Shown here in pieces: positions 41,101 through 43,697 of a stretch of DNA of 43,697 nucleotides (position 1 is its first letter; each line of letters opens with the position of its first letter). Made by a program: the position numbers and the translations under genes. The DNA comes from Cyanobacteriota bacterium (GTDB taxonomy: Bacteria; Cyanobacteriota; Cyanobacteriia; Thermostichales; Thermostichaceae). The DNA is taken from assembly GCA_033764955.1 (NCBI GenBank), contig JANRIL010000039.1, positions 1 through 43,697 on the forward strand. Direction: 5' to 3'. The notes beneath the pieces were generated by a model, which saw only the letters and a program-made list of their open reading frames with translations, did not search any database and was not told the origin of the DNA.

Positions 41101-41565
41101 GGCGGGGTTACTGTCTACGATCCGCCCCTGCGAGTCGGTGAGGGCAATTCCCAAGGCAGCATTTTCAAAAATCGTGCGAAAGCGCCGTTCACTCTCCGCT
41201 TCGCGGGTGGTGGTGACATCTCGTGCCGTTCCACATAACCAGCCCGGATGATCCTCGGCATACGCGCCGATCACCCAGGCAAGCCAGCGATATTGACCCG
41301 ACTGGGTTTGGCAACGGTGTTCGAGGGTGAGGGTTTCCTGCCGCCGTTTGGGTTTCCGCATTTTGCGTAGCTGCACCGCTACTATGGCTCGATCATCAGG
41401 ATGCACCCGCTCTAGGTAAGGGATCCCCTGCCAACTCTCCAGAGGAAACCCCAAAGTTTTTTCCCAAGCAGGATTGAGGCGACACAGATAGCCTTGCTCA
41501 TCCATCACCCACAACAAGTCTGGGCAGTGATCAAAGTAGGGATCCCTTGCAACCGGTAAAGTCAT
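38194..41565 (-). CDS. Cytoplasmic multi-PAS hybrid histidine kinase (5xPAS-HisKA-HATPase-2xREC)
   Basis: VSHELRTPLTS, NLLSNAAKFS, GGTGLGL, and receivers LVCEDD...LDLMLP and HIEDD...LDIGLP. Confidence 0.93.
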   Translation of the reverse strand: MTLPVARDPYFDHCPDLLWVMDEQGYLCRLNPAWEKTLGFPLESWQGIPYLERVHPDDRAIVAVQLRKMRKPKRRQETLTLEHRCQTQSGQYRWLAWVIGAYAEDHPGWLCGTARDVTTTREAESERRFRTIFENAALGIALTDSQGRIVDSNPALQAMHARSQEELQNLSFSDLTHPEDLALDMQLYQDLIAGKRSYYQIEKRYVRRDGIIFWGRLTVSTLPNVDGQVEFTFAMIEDITLDKLHTAERDQALAAARLAEAKNEALLSAIPDLIFRVNREGVYLDFRIPSHFPTLLTAANYVGKRMQDVLPPDVYAQRMHCLTQALETGEMQMLAYQLEIEGKDHIYEGRFVPCGSDEVLGVVRDITEERQSEAALRQSETWLRMALAAAQMGAWSWNLQTNEEKWTPELAALYGKTPDSQHTYEEFLQLVHPQDRAYLQEKQQAALTEGIPYICEYRFIRSDGVIRWMANFGNFLRDESGQAYELMGVAMDITEAKQAEQERQESLSLLKATLESTADGILVVNLEGKCLSYNHKFLEMWDFDDSEMQESSVAERIRMMAEQTQDSQVFIDRYQQLMNSEEIISDWVEMQDGRTLERYTQPQKVCEQIIGRVWSYRDVTERRKIERMKNEFVSMVSHELRTPLTSVRGSLGLIMGGIGGEISGKTKELIEIAYKNSERLILLINDILDIEKIESGKMRFDLFPTPLVPLIEQSIEANLPYAQQFNVHFILEKTSIPQNLQVNIDSQRLLQVMANLLSNAAKFSPVHEQVRIEITQRDPLIPGEADGVPMVRVSVKDAGSGIPEAFRPRIFQKFAQADASDSRQKGGTGLGLSISKVVIEKMGGQIGFDSQVNVGTTFYFDLPIYESPPLLIEGSHQQVMILVCEDDPDIANLLSLMLGQHGFGVVVAHSAQQAKQKLVEQTFAAMTLDLMLPDQDGISLIKELRKNPTTQHLPVVVVSARARLGSQELKESGFAVLDCLDKPVDQHLLLAAVKRAIQYSGRERAAILHIEDDLDISQIVITLLQDIAQVYQVKTLKEARRFLKDHHIDLILLDIGLPDGSGLDLLTEINHQPTIPVVIFSAQEVSPKVAQNVAATLVKSRTLNQELLQTIKTLIGVSPKLPS

Positions 41566-41723
41566 GGAAATGGGTTAGACAGATGGCCTGGTAGCTCAGC
41601 CGGATCAATAGGGTTGAAGGGATTTCTCAACCTTGAGTTTAGCCAGCTAGCCTAACATCATATCTTGGAGCCATGCGGAGGCGGGATCCCCGCGATTGGG
41701 ATGAGACTAAGGAACCATAATCC

Positions 41724-43205
41724 TTAGGTTTCTGGGGAAATTTCTGCCGAAGGGAGTGGGATGGATCCCGCCTCCGGCAAATCCTTAGGCAGCAGGGGCA
41801 GATTGACAATTGTTTCGTACATTTTGATGTACTCCAATGCCGAACGTTCCCAGCCCAAATCCACCTCCATACCCCGTTGTTGCAGCTTTCTCCACGTGTC
41901 AGGATGCTGATAGGCTTCCCAGGCACGCACCACACAGGTATAAAAATCTAGACCCTCATAGCGATCAAAACAATAACCCGTCCCTAATCCTAAGCTGGGA
42001 ACATGATGGGCGACAGTATCCACCAATCCACCCGTGCGCCGTACAATCGGCACGCAGCCATACCGTAGGGCAATCATCTGGCTAATACCGCATGGCTCGA
42101 ACCGACTGGGCATCAGAAAGGCATCCGAGCCTCCATAGACCAACTGGGAAAGCTGGGGGTTATAGCCTTGGTAGAATGCCATCCGCCCAGGATAGCGCTC
42201 ACTCATCTCTCGGATGCGCTGCTCATAGCTGGGATCCCCACTCCCCAATAAGACAAATTGAGCATTGCTATAAGCCAAAAAGCGATCCATCACCTGCAAA
42301 ATTAAATCAATCCCCTTTTGCTCGACCAACCGAGTGACCATGCCCAACAAAAAGTTTTCTCGAACTACCTCCAGCCCCATCTCTGCTTGCAGGGCATCTT
42401 TATTTAAGAGTCGTTGATCGAGAGTGTCGATGGTGAAATTTTGCTTGAGGGCTGAGTCGGTGGCCGGATTCAATTTGTCTCGATCAATCCCATTCAGGAT
42501 CCCACGTAACCGATCCCCTTTCCAAGACAGTAACCCTTCTAGTTTTTCCCCATGCGCCGGGGTGCGAATCTCCGCTGCATAGGTGGGAGAAACCGTGTTG
42601 ACTTGATCGGCATAAAGGATCCCCGCCGCCATCACATTGTTCGCTTGAAAATACCAGGGAACCCAGGTCATCCGCTCCAGTTGCCAGCGCCACGGGCCTT
42701 GATAAGCCAGATTGTGAATCGTAAAAACAGTTCCAATATCGGAAGCTTGATGCATCCAGGCAGGAATCATGCCCGTATGCCAGTCATGGCAATGGATAAT
42801 ATTGGGTTTCCAGGGAAAATAAGTCCAGGTAAATTCGGCAACAGCATTGGCAAAAAAGGTAAACCGCCAAAATTCATCTTCCCCATAATAAATACGATGG
42901 GGGGCAAAGGAATAATGAGCAACCAAATAGAGGGGAATATCAGTTCCCGGCAAAATAGTCTCAAAAATATCGGCATTTTGAAACATGATATTAGCAGACC
43001 AAATGGGATCCTCCGAACGCCTCACTTGTCCAGGCTTTGAGCCAAATTGATCCCATAAAAAGCCATAAAAGGGCATGATAATCCGTACATCTAACCCCAT
43101 CTTGCGGAGAACAACCGGAAGACTGCCCACCACATCGGCCATTCCTCCTACCTTTGCAATCGGAGCCGCCTCGGCTGATGCAAAAAGAATCCTGATTGAG
43201 TCCAC
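41724..43205 (-). CDS. glgA: Glycogen synthase
   Basis: KVGGMADV, HCHDWHT, FTIHNLAYQG, PSRFEPCG. GTG start with a GGAGG RBS. Confidence 0.96.
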   Translation of the reverse strand: MDSIRILFASAEAAPIAKVGGMADVVGSLPVVLRKMGLDVRIIMPFYGFLWDQFGSKPGQVRRSEDPIWSANIMFQNADIFETILPGTDIPLYLVAHYSFAPHRIYYGEDEFWRFTFFANAVAEFTWTYFPWKPNIIHCHDWHTGMIPAWMHQASDIGTVFTIHNLAYQGPWRWQLERMTWVPWYFQANNVMAAGILYADQVNTVSPTYAAEIRTPAHGEKLEGLLSWKGDRLRGILNGIDRDKLNPATDSALKQNFTIDTLDQRLLNKDALQAEMGLEVVRENFLLGMVTRLVEQKGIDLILQVMDRFLAYSNAQFVLLGSGDPSYEQRIREMSERYPGRMAFYQGYNPQLSQLVYGGSDAFLMPSRFEPCGISQMIALRYGCVPIVRRTGGLVDTVAHHVPSLGLGTGYCFDRYEGLDFYTCVVRAWEAYQHPDTWRKLQQRGMEVDLGWERSALEYIKMYETIVNLPLLPKDLPEAGSIPLPSAEISPET

Positions 43206-43556
43206 CCAAACCTCCCGTCAACGATTGGGGTTTGTCGTTGCCTGAGCACTGCCACCACAAGCCCCCCTAATCCTATGACAGATGAGTCCCCACAAACCGC
43301 CGGATGCCATCGGCTTTCTGCCAGCCAGCAAGAGGGATCCCCACCTCAACCCCCACAAAGCCTCTCAAGATCAAGGGGAACGACCACTTTCTGAGAGAAA
43401 CTTTACGACTCTTGATATTTCGTAAAAATCTCGTTATCTATAGAAAAGGGCAGTTTATGCTGCTGGCATGGCAGCTATCTGCTTTTTTTGCAGCTTTGGC
43501 AATTTTTGCAATCATTCATTCACAATCCTTAGAAAAATTAGGAGAGGATTTTTCTC

Positions 43557-43697
43557 ATGACGATAGCAGTTGGACGTATGGGGACAGAGCGGGGATGGTT
43601 CGACATTCTCGACGACTGGCTCAAACGGGACAGATTTGTATTTGTGGGGTGGTCGGGGTTACTGCTGTTTCCCTGCGCCTACTTGGCGTTGGGAGGG
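43557..43697 (+). CDS. psbD: Photosystem II D2 protein, 5' partial (not in ORF track)
   Basis: Manual translation gives [47 protein letters not shown], preceded by GGAGAGG. Confidence 0.97.
   Translation, partial: MTIAVGRMGTERGWFDILDDWLKRDRFVFVGWSGLLLFPCAYLALGG

Overview
Cyanobacterial chromosomal DNA, most likely from the Thermostichus / 'Synechococcus OS-A/OS-B'-like lineage. It carries chlH, psbD and glgA, and the palindrome GGGATCCC occurs about 46 times by hand count, while I saw no canonical HIP1 GCGATCGC. The window starts inside an IS630 element nested in a decayed IS1 that also holds a 24-nt small dispersed repeat, and it ends inside psbD. Housekeeping genes are rluD, mscS, chlH, msrA, ilvC, lnt, gyrA and glgA. 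There are two large multi-PAS hybrid histidine kinases that share a tandem PAS cassette, and a REC-PAS regulator with no output domain. A putative 2-aminoethylphosphonate ABC transporter has Pho-box-like repeats upstream. An ECF sigma / ChrR-like cupin anti-sigma pair has a candidate autoregulatory promoter. The window also holds an apparently inactive exported SNase-fold protein and a low-GC 7-gene glycan cassette (GT4s, Wzy-like protein, sulfotransferase, methyltransferase). I found no CRISPR array, rRNA or tRNA. I cannot establish a new system from sequence alone. The best leads are the ZAS-less ECF/cupin pair, the sulfated/methylated glycan cassette and the behaviour of the GGGATCCC repeat.
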